From Desulfomicrobium sp. (GTDB taxonomy: Bacteria > Desulfobacterota > Desulfovibrionia > Desulfovibrionales > Desulfomicrobiaceae): a stretch of DNA of 64,000 nucleotides. Where the stretch lies: the NCBI GenBank assembly GCA_040768745.1, contig JAXGMI010000001.1, positions 736,001-800,000 on the forward strand, read 5' to 3'. This document shows, piece after piece, positions 19,915 through 30,294 of the stretch; within the stretch, counting starts at the first letter, position 1; each line of letters begins with the position of its first letter. The notes below the pieces were generated by a model. That model worked only from the letters and a program-made list of their open reading frames with translations, had not been told where the DNA came from and searched no databases. The translations under genes and the position numbers were made by a program.

Positions 19915-21210
19915 CTAGGCCAGGGCCACCAGGTCATAGGTCTTGGTCTCTTCGATGACTGCCCGGACCATCCGGCCCGGGGCCGCCCCTTCCCCGCTGA
20001 CATAGGTGATCCCGTCCACCTCCGGGGCCTGGAACCAGGTCCGCCCCTCGAACAGACCGGGCCACTCCTCATGCGGGCGATCCACCAGCACATCCAGCTC
20101 CTGTCCCTCGAACTGCTGCAGGATTTCCGCACTGATGCCGGCCTGAAGAGCCATGATCCGGTCCCGCCGCTCCTCTTTGACCTCGTCCGGGATCTGGTCC
20201 GGCAGCATGGCCGCCTCGGAACCCTCCTCCGCGTAATAGGGAAACACGCCCAGATGCGTGAAGCGGGTCTCGCGCACAAAGGCCTCCAGGGCCGCGAAGT
20301 GGGCCTCGGTTTCACCCGGATAGCCGACGATGAAGGTTGTGCGCAGGGCAGCCCCGGGGAAAAATTCCCGGACCTGCTCCACCACCGCTCGCGGGTCGCG
20401 GCGAAAGGGCCTGCCCATGGAGGAGAGAATGTCCGGATGGGCGTGCTGCAGGGGGATGTCGAAATACGGGACGAACGGCTGGCCCAGGCCGGAGAGAAAG
20501 CCCAGCAATGCCTTGTCCAGCCCGGCCGGATAGAGGTACATGAGGCGCAGCCATTGCAGTCCGGGCATGGATGCCAGACCTTCCAGCAAGCACGGGAGGG
20601 CGTTCTTTTCCCCACGTTCCCGGCCATAGGCGGTCACATCCTGGGCAATGAGCACGAGTTCGCTGCGGCCCTGAGCCAGACAGTGCCGGGCGTCGTCCAG
20701 TATTTCCTGCTCAGGCCGGCTGCTGAGGGGGCCCCGGATGGAGGGGATGGTGCAGAACCGGCAGCGGTTATCGCATCCTTCGGCGATCTTCAGATAGGCA
20801 TACCCCGGGGCCGAGGTCAGCAGCCTGGACCGGACATACGTCAGCTCCCGACCCAGCAGCTCGCGAACGCGGCTGCCCAGCTCGCCATGCCGGGCGATCT
20901 CCAGGAAAAGGTCCACCTCGGGCAATTCCCGGGACAGATCCTGTCCATACCGGGAGACGAGGCAGCCCGTGACCACCAGCAGGGGTTTGGGGTGTCTCCC
21001 GGCCAGGGCCTGGGCTGTGTCCAGGATGACTTGCAGAGATTCGCTCACGGCAGGCTCGATGAATCCGCAGGTATTGATCAGGACCACCTCGGCCTCCTCG
21101 GGCGTGGCCGCGTTGACAAAGCTGGCGCCGAATCCCCCCAGCATCCACTCGGTGTCCACCAGATTCTTGGGGCAGCCGAGACTTATGGCATGTATGCGAA
21201 TCTTCTCCAT
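19915..21210 (-). CDS. rimO: Ribosomal protein S12 methylthiotransferase
   Basis: SLGCPKNLVD, NTCGFI, CDNRCRFC motifs and C-terminal TRAM domain (APEVDG). Confidence 0.95.
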   Translation of the reverse strand: MEKIRIHAISLGCPKNLVDTEWMLGGFGASFVNAATPEEAEVVLINTCGFIEPAVSESLQVILDTAQALAGRHPKPLLVVTGCLVSRYGQDLSRELPEVDLFLEIARHGELGSRVRELLGRELTYVRSRLLTSAPGYAYLKIAEGCDNRCRFCTIPSIRGPLSSRPEQEILDDARHCLAQGRSELVLIAQDVTAYGRERGEKNALPCLLEGLASMPGLQWLRLMYLYPAGLDKALLGFLSGLGQPFVPYFDIPLQHAHPDILSSMGRPFRRDPRAVVEQVREFFPGAALRTTFIVGYPGETEAHFAALEAFVRETRFTHLGVFPYYAEEGSEAAMLPDQIPDEVKEERRDRIMALQAGISAEILQQFEGQELDVLVDRPHEEWPGLFEGRTWFQAPEVDGITYVSGEGAAPGRMVRAVIEETKTYDLVALA

Positions 21211-22235
21211 CACTCCTCCACATCCAGAAAGATATCCTGCTCAGGCCAGAACGCCACCCGGTCCCTGCTGATGCCAAGATGTTCCAGGGCCGGGGCATTG
21301 GCCCGCCCATGCCCCCACAATTCCCCCTGCAGACGGCGGGGCAGAAGGGCCCGGCTGACCTTGCGGCCAGCAAGCTTCTCCTGCAAAAACAGACGCAGGG
21401 CCTCGGACCGGACCATGCTCCCGAAGGCTGGATGCCACGGTCCGGCCATCAGCTTGGCCAGCATTTCCCTCTCACTGGCCAGACCCAGACGGATGACCCG
21501 GATCCCCGCCTCCCAGAATCGCAGTACGGCCCAGCCCGTTTCCGCCACGGCAAGGTCCAGGGACCAGGGCGAATACTCACCCCGGATGAACATTCGGTCC
21601 AGCTCCGTCCCGGCCATGACGACGCAGGGGTAGATGCGAATCACGCTCGGGGCAAGCCTCAGTGCCTTCCCCACATCCTCTCTCCAGGTGGCCTCGCCAT
21701 GGCCGGGCAGGCCCGGCAAAAGCTGGATGCCCAGCTCCAGCCCACCTGCGCGGACCATGCGACAGGCCTCCTCTGCCACCTGCCCCGCATATCCCCGACC
21801 GCTGTTGCGCAATACGTCCGTGTCAAAGGTCTGCACGCCGATTTCGATCATATCAACCCCATCCCGGCGCAAGCGGGCAATGGTGTCGACGTCGATCCTG
21901 TCCGGTCGGGTGGAGAGGCGGAGGTGCTGCAGTTGCCCACTGGCCCGAAACCGCGCAGCCAGGTTCAGGAACAGATTCTGCGACCTTTCGTCCAGTCCCG
22001 TGAAAGTCCCTCCGAAAAAGCCGAGAGCGTATGGCTTTTCCTCGCGGGACAGCCGCCCCTCCAGGGTTTCCAGGACCTGGGAGCTGGCCTGCGGCCGCAC
22101 TCCTGTCTGGAGCTGCTGGTCGCAGAACACGCAGCGCCCTGGACACCCTGCAAAGGGGAGGAAAACCGGAACAAGGCGGATTTTCTGCCTCTCTGGTTCG
22201 GGATGGGCCAAGCGCAGGGTCCGAATTTTTTCCAT
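21210..22235 (-). CDS. ELP3-like/YhcC-like radical SAM protein
   Basis: CPGRCVFC, FFGGTFT, STRPD and AGPWHPAFG motifs. Confidence 0.8.
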   Translation of the reverse strand: MEKIRTLRLAHPEPERQKIRLVPVFLPFAGCPGRCVFCDQQLQTGVRPQASSQVLETLEGRLSREEKPYALGFFGGTFTGLDERSQNLFLNLAARFRASGQLQHLRLSTRPDRIDVDTIARLRRDGVDMIEIGVQTFDTDVLRNSGRGYAGQVAEEACRMVRAGGLELGIQLLPGLPGHGEATWREDVGKALRLAPSVIRIYPCVVMAGTELDRMFIRGEYSPWSLDLAVAETGWAVLRFWEAGIRVIRLGLASEREMLAKLMAGPWHPAFGSMVRSEALRLFLQEKLAGRKVSRALLPRRLQGELWGHGRANAPALEHLGISRDRVAFWPEQDIFLDVEE

Positions 22236-22416
22236 GCTCATCAAAAAGAAAAAAAACAACGTGTTATGCTTGAAAAAAAAACTTCCATTCGATAAAGAGT
22301 AAACAGATGTCTGATCCCCAATGCGGAGACCTGCCTGGGCGGGTCTGATTCAGAGCGTCGCAGCGCAACATAGCCTTGAATCTGCGTCGGAGCCCGTCCC
22401 GGCGCCAGGAGGACCG

Positions 22417-22710
22417 ATGAGCACAAATACCCTGACGAAAGCCGAAATCGTCGACAACATTTACGAAAAATCCGAACGCAACCGGGCGGAGGTCAAGGCG
22501 CAGGTCGAAACCATGCTCGATATCATGAAAGACGCCATCAAGAAGGATCATTCCCTCCTGATCAGCGGATTCGGAAAATTTGAGGCCTACGACAAGGACG
22601 CGCGCAAGGGCCGCAATCCACAAACCAGTGAATCCATCATCCTGGCTGAGCGCAAGGTCGTGGTATTCCGCATTTCCCGCAAGCTCCGGGCTGAACTCAA
22701 TCCGCAATAA
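22417..22710 (+). CDS. ihfA: Integration host factor alpha-like subunit
   Basis: LTKAEIV, ISGFGKF and GRNPQT motifs; AGGAGG RBS. Confidence 0.85.
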   Translation: MSTNTLTKAEIVDNIYEKSERNRAEVKAQVETMLDIMKDAIKKDHSLLISGFGKFEAYDKDARKGRNPQTSESIILAERKVVVFRISRKLRAELNPQ

Positions 22711-23464
22711 CGAAGCAATCCGGGCTTTCTTTGCTCAGCCGTAACCTGTTGGCCTCGGCCTCGGGCAGACTGGAGAAGGCCCCGATCTGTACCCGCCAAT
22801 ATGTCGTGCCGCCCAGTTCCCCCATGGTGATGCGGGTGCCGGGAAAGCCCCTGGCCACGAGCTTGTCCCTGAGCCGTCTGGCATTCTCCTGCACCACGAA
22901 GGCGCCGTACTGTACGTAAAAGGGGCCCACGTACTGGATCCGCTCGCCCGGGATGGTCTGCAGATAAACCCGGGCCGTGCCCGGACCGACCACACCCAGC
23001 ATGTCTGCCGCCGCATAGGACAAATCGATGACCCTGTTGTTGACGAAAGGCCCGCGGTCGTTGACGCGCACCTCCGCCGTGCGGCCGTTTTCGAGGTTGC
23101 GGACCAGCAACCGCGTATTCATAGGCAGGATGCGGTGGGCCGCCGTCATCTGGTACATGTCGTACCATTCGCCGTTGGCCGTCTTCTTGCCGTGAAAATC
23201 TGGACCGTACCAGGAGGCCACACCGGTTTCCGAATAGCCTTCGGCGGAGCCCAGGGGATAATAGGTCTGGCCCAGCACAGTGTAGGGTTTGTAAGTCCCG
23301 CCTTTGCCCTTGGGGGACGGGGGTGTGCCTGACGGCGATGACGGAGAGCCGATCCCCGGAATGTATTTGGAGCTGCAACCGGCCAGGCCCACCCACAGAA
23401 GCAGAAGGCCCAGCACCACCGTCAGGCCCCGGCGCGTGTACCCTGGGCGCTGCCGCCGACTCAT
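22697..23464 (-). CDS. rlpA: Septal ring lytic transglycosylase RlpA family lipoprotein
   Basis: Lipobox LAGC, ASWYG...TAAH...NDRGP DPBB domain and C-terminal SPOR domain. Confidence 0.9.
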   Translation of the reverse strand: MSRRQRPGYTRRGLTVVLGLLLLWVGLAGCSSKYIPGIGSPSSPSGTPPSPKGKGGTYKPYTVLGQTYYPLGSAEGYSETGVASWYGPDFHGKKTANGEWYDMYQMTAAHRILPMNTRLLVRNLENGRTAEVRVNDRGPFVNNRVIDLSYAAADMLGVVGPGTARVYLQTIPGERIQYVGPFYVQYGAFVVQENARRLRDKLVARGFPGTRITMGELGGTTYWRVQIGAFSSLPEAEANRLRLSKESPDCFVIAD

Positions 23465-24066
23465 GTCTCGATCACCTTCACCGACAGCACAACGCCACCA
23501 TCAGCCCTGTCCAGCAGTCTGCGTATTTCCGCCCCGCTGACCGGTGTTCCGTTCCAGGTGCACACGCAATCGTCCAGCCGCATGTCCTGATCGTCCAAGA
23601 AATCGCCCAAGGCGTCCGCGCGCACAACCACTCCCTGACCCAGGATAGGCCGAAAACAGTCTGTGGCCACGAAATTGAACATCTTCAACGTGGCCACACC
23701 TCCGGAGTGGGCCCTCTCCTGCTTGCTGAGCAAATCCGGACGGAACGCCTTGATGGGACTGGACCTGCGCAGGGCAATCCCGCACAGCCCCGGCATGGTC
23801 CCGCTCATGCCCACCGCGTCGCCGTCCCCGACAATCTCCGCAGCCCAGTCGTCCACCGGCGAGTTGTTCAGGAAAAGCCCAGGCACGCTGTTGATCGCGT
23901 ACTGTACGTCCATGCCCAAGACCTTGGTCATGAAATCGCGCACACTGACCGCCTTGGTCAAAAACACCCCCACTCCCCGGCGGAGCAGACCTGCCCAGAC
24001 CGAAGCTTGCGTTTCCGGAGCCGCAATGGACAAATGGTTTGAACCCGCTTCAATTATGTCCTGCAT
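23461..24066 (-). CDS. Hypothetical protein divergent from aor
   Basis: Open frame whose stop overlaps the rlpA start (ATGA); no recognised family. Confidence 0.65.
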   Translation of the reverse strand: MQDIIEAGSNHLSIAAPETQASVWAGLLRRGVGVFLTKAVSVRDFMTKVLGMDVQYAINSVPGLFLNNSPVDDWAAEIVGDGDAVGMSGTMPGLCGIALRRSSPIKAFRPDLLSKQERAHSGGVATLKMFNFVATDCFRPILGQGVVVRADALGDFLDDQDMRLDDCVCTWNGTPVSGAEIRRLLDRADGGVVLSVKVIET

Positions 24067-24170
24067 GGCACAACATCCTTTTTTTCTTGACTTTATCCAG
24101 CAACTGTCCGCTAACAAAAGTGAAATACACATTGCCGTGCTTCTGTACACGAAACCCAAAGGAGATACCC

Positions 24171-25892
24171 ATGAAGATTCTACGCATCAATACGCGGACC
24201 AAGGGCTATACGTTCGAGTCCTGTGGAGCCTTGTCCGGTCTGGGTGGTCGGGCCCTGACGTCACGAGTGGTGAATAAGGAAGTTCCGGCGGACTGTCACC
24301 CGCTTTCCGCGGACAACAAGCTGGTCATTGCCGGCGGTGTTCTGGCCCCGACCAACGCGGCCAATTCCGGCCGTGTGTCCGTGGGGTCCAAGTCGCCGCT
24401 GACCGGTGGCATCAAGGAGAGCAATTCCGGCGGGCAGTTCGCGCACACGCTGCCCAAGCTGGGCCTGCAGGCCATCATCCTGGAGGACAAGCCGGCGGCG
24501 GGCAGCCCCATGCAGGAGATTTTCATCACGGCGGACAAGGTGGTGTTCAAGGATTCCGCCGTGGCCGGGATGCGCACGTACGCGGCCCAGGAGAAGCTGC
24601 TGGCGGCATATGGAGAGAAGGCCGTGACGGCCATGGTCGGCCCTGCCGGGGAGCAGTGTCTGTCCGCGGCCACCATTCAGTTCTCGGATCCCGAAGGCCT
24701 GCCGTCCCGTTCGGCCGGCCGCGGGGGCATGGGTGCGGTCATGGGTTCCAAGGGCGTGAAGGCCATCATCCTGGACCCGGAGGCCGATGTGAAGACCGCA
24801 TACGGCAATGAGGAGCTGTTCAAGGAGGCCCGCAAGGAGTGGGTCGACATCCTGCGCAACCATCCCGTGACCAGTCAGGGTCTGCCCGGGTTCGGCACGG
24901 CCGTGCTGGTCAACGTCATCAACGAGGCCGGGGCCCTGCCGACCAAGAACTTCCGCTCGGGCAAGTTCGACAGGGCGGAGAAGATCTCCGGGGAAACCCT
25001 GGCCGCCAATATCGAGAAGCGTGGGGGCAAGACCAAGCACGGCTGCCACACGGGCTGCATCATCCAGTGCTCCCAGGTCTATCATGACCAGTCGGGCAAG
25101 TACCTGACCACGGGTTTTGAGTACGAGACCATCTGGGGTTTTGGGGCCAATCTGACCATCGACAATCTGGACGACATCGCTGTCATGGACCGGACCTGCG
25201 ACGAAGTGGGGGTGGACACCATCGAGATGGCCAACACCATGGCCATGGCCATGGAGGCTGGGGTCATCGCCTGGGGCGACAGCAAGGGTGTCATCGCGGA
25301 GCTGAACAAGGTCGGGACCAAGGACCCGCTGGGCCGGATCTACGGCAACGGCACGGGCTTCACGGCCCAGGCATTTGGCGTGGACCGGGTGCCGACCGTC
25401 AAGAACCAGGCCCTGCCGGCCTACGACCCGCGTGCGGTCAAGGGCGTGGGCGTGACCTACGCCACCACGCCCATGGGGGCGGACCACACGGCCGGATACG
25501 GCGTGTGCCAGAACGTGTTGAAGGTAGGCGGGGATGTGGATGGGCACAAGAAGGAAGGCAACATCGCCATCTCCAAGAATCTGCAGGTGGCCACGGCGGC
25601 CGTGGATTCGCTCGGTCTGTGCCTGTTCGTGGCCTTTGCGATCCTTGACGACGCCCGCGGGGTGCCGTGCATGGCCAGGCTGGTGTCCGGTCTGACGGGC
25701 AGGGATTTCAGCGTGGACGAGATGATCGCCATGGGCGCGAACTGCCTGAAGGACGAGCTGGACTTCAACAGGCGGGCCGGCTTCACCGACGCCGACGACC
25801 AGCTGCCCCGCTTCTTCCAGCAGGAAACCCTTCCCCCGCATGGCGTCAGCTGGGGCTATTCCGCACAGGAACTCCAGGACGCAAAGGTCTAG
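24171..25892 (+). CDS. aor: Aldehyde:ferredoxin oxidoreductase (W/Mo-pterin)
   Basis: KSPLTGGIKESNSGG, AGRGGMGAVMGSK, CHTGCIIQC, EYET and TTPMGADH motifs. Confidence 0.93.
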   Translation: MKILRINTRTKGYTFESCGALSGLGGRALTSRVVNKEVPADCHPLSADNKLVIAGGVLAPTNAANSGRVSVGSKSPLTGGIKESNSGGQFAHTLPKLGLQAIILEDKPAAGSPMQEIFITADKVVFKDSAVAGMRTYAAQEKLLAAYGEKAVTAMVGPAGEQCLSAATIQFSDPEGLPSRSAGRGGMGAVMGSKGVKAIILDPEADVKTAYGNEELFKEARKEWVDILRNHPVTSQGLPGFGTAVLVNVINEAGALPTKNFRSGKFDRAEKISGETLAANIEKRGGKTKHGCHTGCIIQCSQVYHDQSGKYLTTGFEYETIWGFGANLTIDNLDDIAVMDRTCDEVGVDTIEMANTMAMAMEAGVIAWGDSKGVIAELNKVGTKDPLGRIYGNGTGFTAQAFGVDRVPTVKNQALPAYDPRAVKGVGVTYATTPMGADHTAGYGVCQNVLKVGGDVDGHKKEGNIAISKNLQVATAAVDSLGLCLFVAFAILDDARGVPCMARLVSGLTGRDFSVDEMIAMGANCLKDELDFNRRAGFTDADDQLPRFFQQETLPPHGVSWGYSAQELQDAKV

Positions 25893-25917
25893 CCCCGGCT
25901 CCCATGGCTTCACAACG

Positions 25918-25950
25918 ACGAATCCCCGCCTTGCGGCGGGGATTCGTTTT
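25918..25950 (+). terminator. Rho-independent terminator
   Basis: 13-bp stem ACGAATCCCCGCC / GGCGGGGATTCGT followed by TTT. Confidence 0.8.
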
Positions 25951-25983
25951 CCCGGGCCCGGAATCAGCCGCCCTCCGACGCAG

Positions 25984-27801
25984 TCACTCCTTCTCCTTCA
26001 TGGACCGCAGGGTCTTGGCGTAGGCCGTGAACACGTCCTCCCTGGCCAGCATGCCCAGGACCCTGGTTTCGTCTTCGCCGTCCACCACGGGCAGCTGGGC
26101 CAGATCCGACTCAACGAACTTGAGCAGGGCCGTGTAGAGGTCCTCGTCGGGGCGCAGCAGGACCGCGCTGCGGGCCACGTCACCGGCCACCAGGATCTCG
26201 CAGAGGGTTTCCTCGTAGAGAACCCTGCGCAGGTCTTGCAGGGAAAGGATACCCGAAATCCTGTCGTCCTTGCCCCGCACCGGAAAGCAGAGTTCGTTTG
26301 AGTTGACGATGATGTCCGTCAGGGCGCCGAAATGCGTGCCCTCCTCCACGATGCTGACGCGTCCGGGCTTGTAGTGGTCCCGGACCTGCTCGCGCTCCAG
26401 GATGTTGATGGTCGAGTCGCTCACGTGGGCCGGAGAGTCGAACTTGTTGTCCACCTGGTTCTCGTAGAGGGAGGTCCTGCGGCCCAGCACGATGGTCACG
26501 GCCGAGGCCAGCATGAGGGGGGCCAGAAGGCCGTAGCCCTGGGTCAGCTCGCAGACCATGACCAGGGGACCGACAGGGGCGTTGGCCACGCCGGAAAAAA
26601 ACGCGGCCATGCCCACCAGCACGTACCCTCCTGGTTCTGTCACGATATGCGGGAACGTGCGCTGGGCAAGGGCGCCCACCACGCCGCCGCTCATGCCGCC
26701 CACGAAAAGGGCGGGAGCGAACATGCCTCCGCTCATACCCGACCCGAGGACCACGGACGTGGCCAGGGTTTTGCCGACGATCATCCCGGCCATCATGGTC
26801 ACCGAAAGCTTGCCGAGCATGGCGAGTTCCAGCCAGCCCTGGCCGCCGCCCAGAAGCTGCGGGAAAGCGTACCCCAGCCCGGCCATGCCGAGCCCGCCGA
26901 GGGTCAGGGCCGGCATGAACCCGAAGCGGTCCGTCAGGGGCCAGAAGACCTTGTATTTGATGGCCCGGAACGTCCCCACGTAGAACCAGCCTGTCGCCGC
27001 ACAGACCAGGCCAAGCAGGGCGTAGAAGGGCAACTCACGGATATCGGAGAATTCGAACCTGGGAATGCCGAAGATGGGATCCGCCCCGAAGACCAGGGTG
27101 AAAATCGAATAGGAAACCACTGAGGACAGGATGGACGGGAGCAGGGCCTCGGCCTCGAAGTCTTCGCGGTAGATGACCTCCACAGCCGTGAGGGCGCCGC
27201 CCAGGGGGGCGCGGAAGATGGCCCCTAGGCCACCGGCTGCACCCGCCAGAAGCATGATGCGCCGCTCCTTGGCCGAAAGGCGCAGCTTCCCGGCCAGCCA
27301 GGAACCGCACCCCGCCCCGAGCAGGGAAATGGGCCCCTCGCGCCCGGCGCTGCCGCCGGCGGCAATGGTCAGTACCGACGTCCCGACCTTGATGAGCGGA
27401 ACGGCAGGAAGAATGCGCCCTCCCTGCTGGTGGAAGGCCTTGATCATGGTGTCCGTGCCGTCGGTGCCGCCGTGCCGCGTCTGGGGTACGAAACGGCTCA
27501 CCAGCCAGCCGGTAAGGAGTCCCACCCCGCCCAGAAAGACAAAAAGCAGCCAGGGCCTGGCAGGACCGGACGGCCCGCTGAAAAGCCGCTCTCCGGCCGG
27601 TGCCGGCACGGAGAACCCGGCCAAGTGGTGCAGCAGGAAATGCCCCAGGGCCTCGACCCCGACATAGAAGACCACGGCGCCCAGGCCCGTCATGGCCCCG
27701 ACCACGATGCCCAGGGCCAGCCATTTGAAGCTCAGAATGGAGCGGTAGCTGCGGATGAGATCCGTATGAACGCCAAAGAGGGAACGGAGAAAGGCGCGCA
27801 T
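25984..27801 (-). CDS. ClC chloride channel/antiporter with CBS domains
   Basis: GSAGREGP and GGMFAP motifs; C-terminal CBS pair. Confidence 0.92.
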   Translation of the reverse strand: MRAFLRSLFGVHTDLIRSYRSILSFKWLALGIVVGAMTGLGAVVFYVGVEALGHFLLHHLAGFSVPAPAGERLFSGPSGPARPWLLFVFLGGVGLLTGWLVSRFVPQTRHGGTDGTDTMIKAFHQQGGRILPAVPLIKVGTSVLTIAAGGSAGREGPISLLGAGCGSWLAGKLRLSAKERRIMLLAGAAGGLGAIFRAPLGGALTAVEVIYREDFEAEALLPSILSSVVSYSIFTLVFGADPIFGIPRFEFSDIRELPFYALLGLVCAATGWFYVGTFRAIKYKVFWPLTDRFGFMPALTLGGLGMAGLGYAFPQLLGGGQGWLELAMLGKLSVTMMAGMIVGKTLATSVVLGSGMSGGMFAPALFVGGMSGGVVGALAQRTFPHIVTEPGGYVLVGMAAFFSGVANAPVGPLVMVCELTQGYGLLAPLMLASAVTIVLGRRTSLYENQVDNKFDSPAHVSDSTINILEREQVRDHYKPGRVSIVEEGTHFGALTDIIVNSNELCFPVRGKDDRISGILSLQDLRRVLYEETLCEILVAGDVARSAVLLRPDEDLYTALLKFVESDLAQLPVVDGEDETRVLGMLAREDVFTAYAKTLRSMKEKE

Positions 27802-27811
27802 GGATTCGCGG

Positions 27812-28756
27812 TCAGACCAGACGGGCTTCGGGCAGGGCCAGGATGGTCCGTCCCAGCGCAATGTCCTTGCCGATCTGAGTCTTCAGTTCCTCCAGACCAG
27901 AAAACTTGCGCTCCCCGCGCAGGCGTTGCACGAAATGAACTTTCAGATCCCTTCCGTACAGGTCGGACTGGAAGTCGAGGATGTGCACTTCCACGGACAG
28001 GACCTCGTTGCCGAAGGTCGGATTGTATCCGATGTTGGCCACGGCTGGCTGGATCTGGCCGTCCACCTCGGCCCAGCAGCAATACACCCCGGTCTTGGGA
28101 AAAAGTTCATCCCGCAGGTGCACGTTGGCCGTGGGAAAGCCCAGCAGCCGCCCCCCCCTGTCCTGGCCGTGGACCACTGTTCCGGCCACGCGGTAGAATC
28201 TGCCCAGCAAAGGACGCACGGCCCAGACATCCCCGGCTTCCACCAGGTCCCGGATCCGCGTGGAGCTGACCACCGCCTGATCGACAAGAACCGGCTCCAG
28301 CTGCTCCACCCCGAACCCCCACTGTTTGCCCAGGACGGACAGCAGGGCGTAATTGCCTGCCCTGCCCTTGCCGAAGGCGTAGTCATATCCGATGACGAGT
28401 TCCCTGACGTTGAGGCCTTCCACCAGAATGCGGCGCACGAAGTCCTCGGGGGCCATGCTGGCCAGGGGCTGGTTGAATTCGAGGCACAGGAGATGGTCGA
28501 TGCCAAGACCGCCGATGAGTTCGGCCTTGTGGTCGGGCATGGTGATGAAGGGAGGCGTCTTCTTGCCGGTGAAAAAACGCAGGGGATGGGGTTCAAAAGT
28601 GATGACCACAGACGGCAGACCGAGGCTGACGGCCCGGTCCCGGACCCGGGCGATGAGTCGCTGGTGTCCGATATGGACCCCATCGAAATTGCCGATGGTC
28701 ACGCAGGACCCCTGTGCAAGACCGCCGATCTGATCCGGCCAGGTGACGCAATGCAT
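27812..28756 (-). CDS. ribF: Bifunctional riboflavin kinase/FAD synthetase
   Basis: TIGNFDGVHIGH, SSTRIR, GFPTAN and NIGYNPTF motifs. Confidence 0.97.
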   Translation of the reverse strand: MHCVTWPDQIGGLAQGSCVTIGNFDGVHIGHQRLIARVRDRAVSLGLPSVVITFEPHPLRFFTGKKTPPFITMPDHKAELIGGLGIDHLLCLEFNQPLASMAPEDFVRRILVEGLNVRELVIGYDYAFGKGRAGNYALLSVLGKQWGFGVEQLEPVLVDQAVVSSTRIRDLVEAGDVWAVRPLLGRFYRVAGTVVHGQDRGGRLLGFPTANVHLRDELFPKTGVYCCWAEVDGQIQPAVANIGYNPTFGNEVLSVEVHILDFQSDLYGRDLKVHFVQRLRGERKFSGLEELKTQIGKDIALGRTILALPEARLV

Positions 28757-28888
28757 GAATGTTCTTCCTCCCGAGGACAGGCTGGGCTTGCGTCTATACT
28801 AAAAGTATACAGGGTTCAACAAAGACCAGTGCGCCGTATTCCCGGTTGGTGACGGGCCAGAAAATTTCGGGCCCCCAGACAAAAGGTC

Positions 28889-28917
28889 TTGCCAAAGCCC
28901 CGCGGCTTGCTTAATGA
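28889..28917 (+). promoter_or_regulatory. Sigma70 promoter of tRNA-Leu
   Basis: TTGCCA-N17-TAATGA just upstream of the tRNA. Confidence 0.55.
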
Positions 28918-28932
28918 CGCTCTTCACGCCGT

Positions 28933-29019
28933 GCCGAAGTGGTGGAATTGGTAGACACGCTAGGTTCAGGGTCTAGTGGGGGTTCCCCCATGGGAGTTCG
29001 AGTCTCCCCTTCGGCACCA
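28933..29019 (+). tRNA. tRNA-Leu(CAG), 87 nt, encoded CCA
   Basis: Acceptor stem GCCGAAG/CTTCGGC, D-loop GG, anticodon arm CTAGG-TT-CAG-GG-TCTAG, long variable arm, GTTCGA T-loop, ACCA end. Confidence 0.97.
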
Positions 29020-29027
29020 ATAAAATC

Positions 29028-29057
29028 AAGGGGTTGCAGTTCGCTGCAACCCCTTTT
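29028..29057 (+). terminator. tRNA terminator
   Basis: AAGGGGTTGCAG-TTCG-CTGCAACCCCTTTT. Confidence 0.85.
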
Positions 29058-29115
29058 CTCTTCGGCTTTCTTTGAACCAGGGCCTTCCTTCCGCGCAACA
29101 GGAGTGTGCCGGGTC

Positions 29116-29301
29116 TGTTAGGAAGCGAAGTGTTTGGCACAGCAGGGACATAATGGGATTGAAGGGGATATGGTGGGATGAGTGCTGGAGCGGCGAGGGT
29201 TGGCGGGTGGTTTTAATTTTATTTTTCGTGCTGGTGGATTTGCGGGGGTTTTGGCGCGTAGTCGGTTTGGTTGAGAGAAATTAGCGGGCTATTTGGCGCA
29301 G
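29116..29301 (+). repeat. Prophage left end with three transposase-binding sites (L1-L3)
   Basis: GCG-N5-TTTGGCRC motif at 29125-29142, 29242-29259 and 29284-29301. Confidence 0.85.
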
Positions 29302-29373
29302 GTGATTTTTCAGAATGGGTGTTTTTGGTGTCAGGGGTGCTGACGTTAGATATGGGGCCAGGTGGCCCTTTTT

Positions 29374-30294
29374 TTACATCTCCAGCTTGGGATGATTTGA
29401 TCGGATGACACCGTTGACCTTGGTGATGGTCCTGTCGGCACGGATGACCTCTCCATCTTCTCCGTAGACGATATCTTCATCCACGAGGGCGCGCAGCGCA
29501 TGGCCAGGCCTGATGTCCAACTCCCCGTGCTGAAACTGCTTCAGCCAGCCTTCGTCGGCCATCTTTGCGCAAAAATTTTTCTTTTCGTGGCGGAATTCCC
29601 ACATGGAAGTCCCTAGAAAGTCTGGCTTTCTGACCATGAGAATCATATCCGTTGAGTTTCTGATCGTATTGCAAGCGAGCAGATCTTCAATCTGTTCCTG
29701 TGTGACCTGTGCAGAGGCATCAACGCTGGAATCACCGTCATCATTAGAAATGGTGATGCGTTCGTTTTCATGAAGAGGGGCTACGGCATCGCATATTTTG
29801 GCCATGCCCTTGGCGATGTCGGAAGCCGGGATTTGTTTGTATGCCGGGAATTTCAACGCGCCGCTGCTGGATGCAGTCTCAAATATCTTTGATGTAAGAT
29901 TTCTGAATTCTTCATGCGCTCCGAGTGACTTGTTATCGTCAAGATAGCGCAGGACGGAATGTTTGACTTTGACAAGATAAGTGCCAACAGCTTGTTTCCA
30001 ATCCAAACTGCGAATAGCATCATCAGGAGTGGCTTCGAGAATTTGCTTCACCCAGATCTTGAGAGACCCTTCTTCAATTTTTTCCAAAAGAAATACTGGC
30101 TGAATCTTTGAGTCTATTGCAGATACAAATATTGTATCCATCTCCTGAAGGGCACGGATGAAGTCTGCAGCAGCCTGAAATATCCGTTGCGGATTTTCAA
30201 TACCGGGTTTGAATGAAATTGTGATGCAATAGTCTGGCCTGGTTTCTTCAGGCCAATTTGCCCATCTTTCTTCGTCTGTCATTGTGGCGCCCAT
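29374..30294 (-). CDS. Prophage accessory hypothetical protein downstream of the repressor
   Basis: About 300-aa open frame, visibly AT-richer than the host genes, co-oriented with the repressor; start at 30294 or 30282. Confidence 0.75.
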   Translation of the reverse strand: MGATMTDEERWANWPEETRPDYCITISFKPGIENPQRIFQAAADFIRALQEMDTIFVSAIDSKIQPVFLLEKIEEGSLKIWVKQILEATPDDAIRSLDWKQAVGTYLVKVKHSVLRYLDDNKSLGAHEEFRNLTSKIFETASSSGALKFPAYKQIPASDIAKGMAKICDAVAPLHENERITISNDDGDSSVDASAQVTQEQIEDLLACNTIRNSTDMILMVRKPDFLGTSMWEFRHEKKNFCAKMADEGWLKQFQHGELDIRPGHALRALVDEDIVYGEDGEVIRADRTITKVNGVIRSNHPKLEM

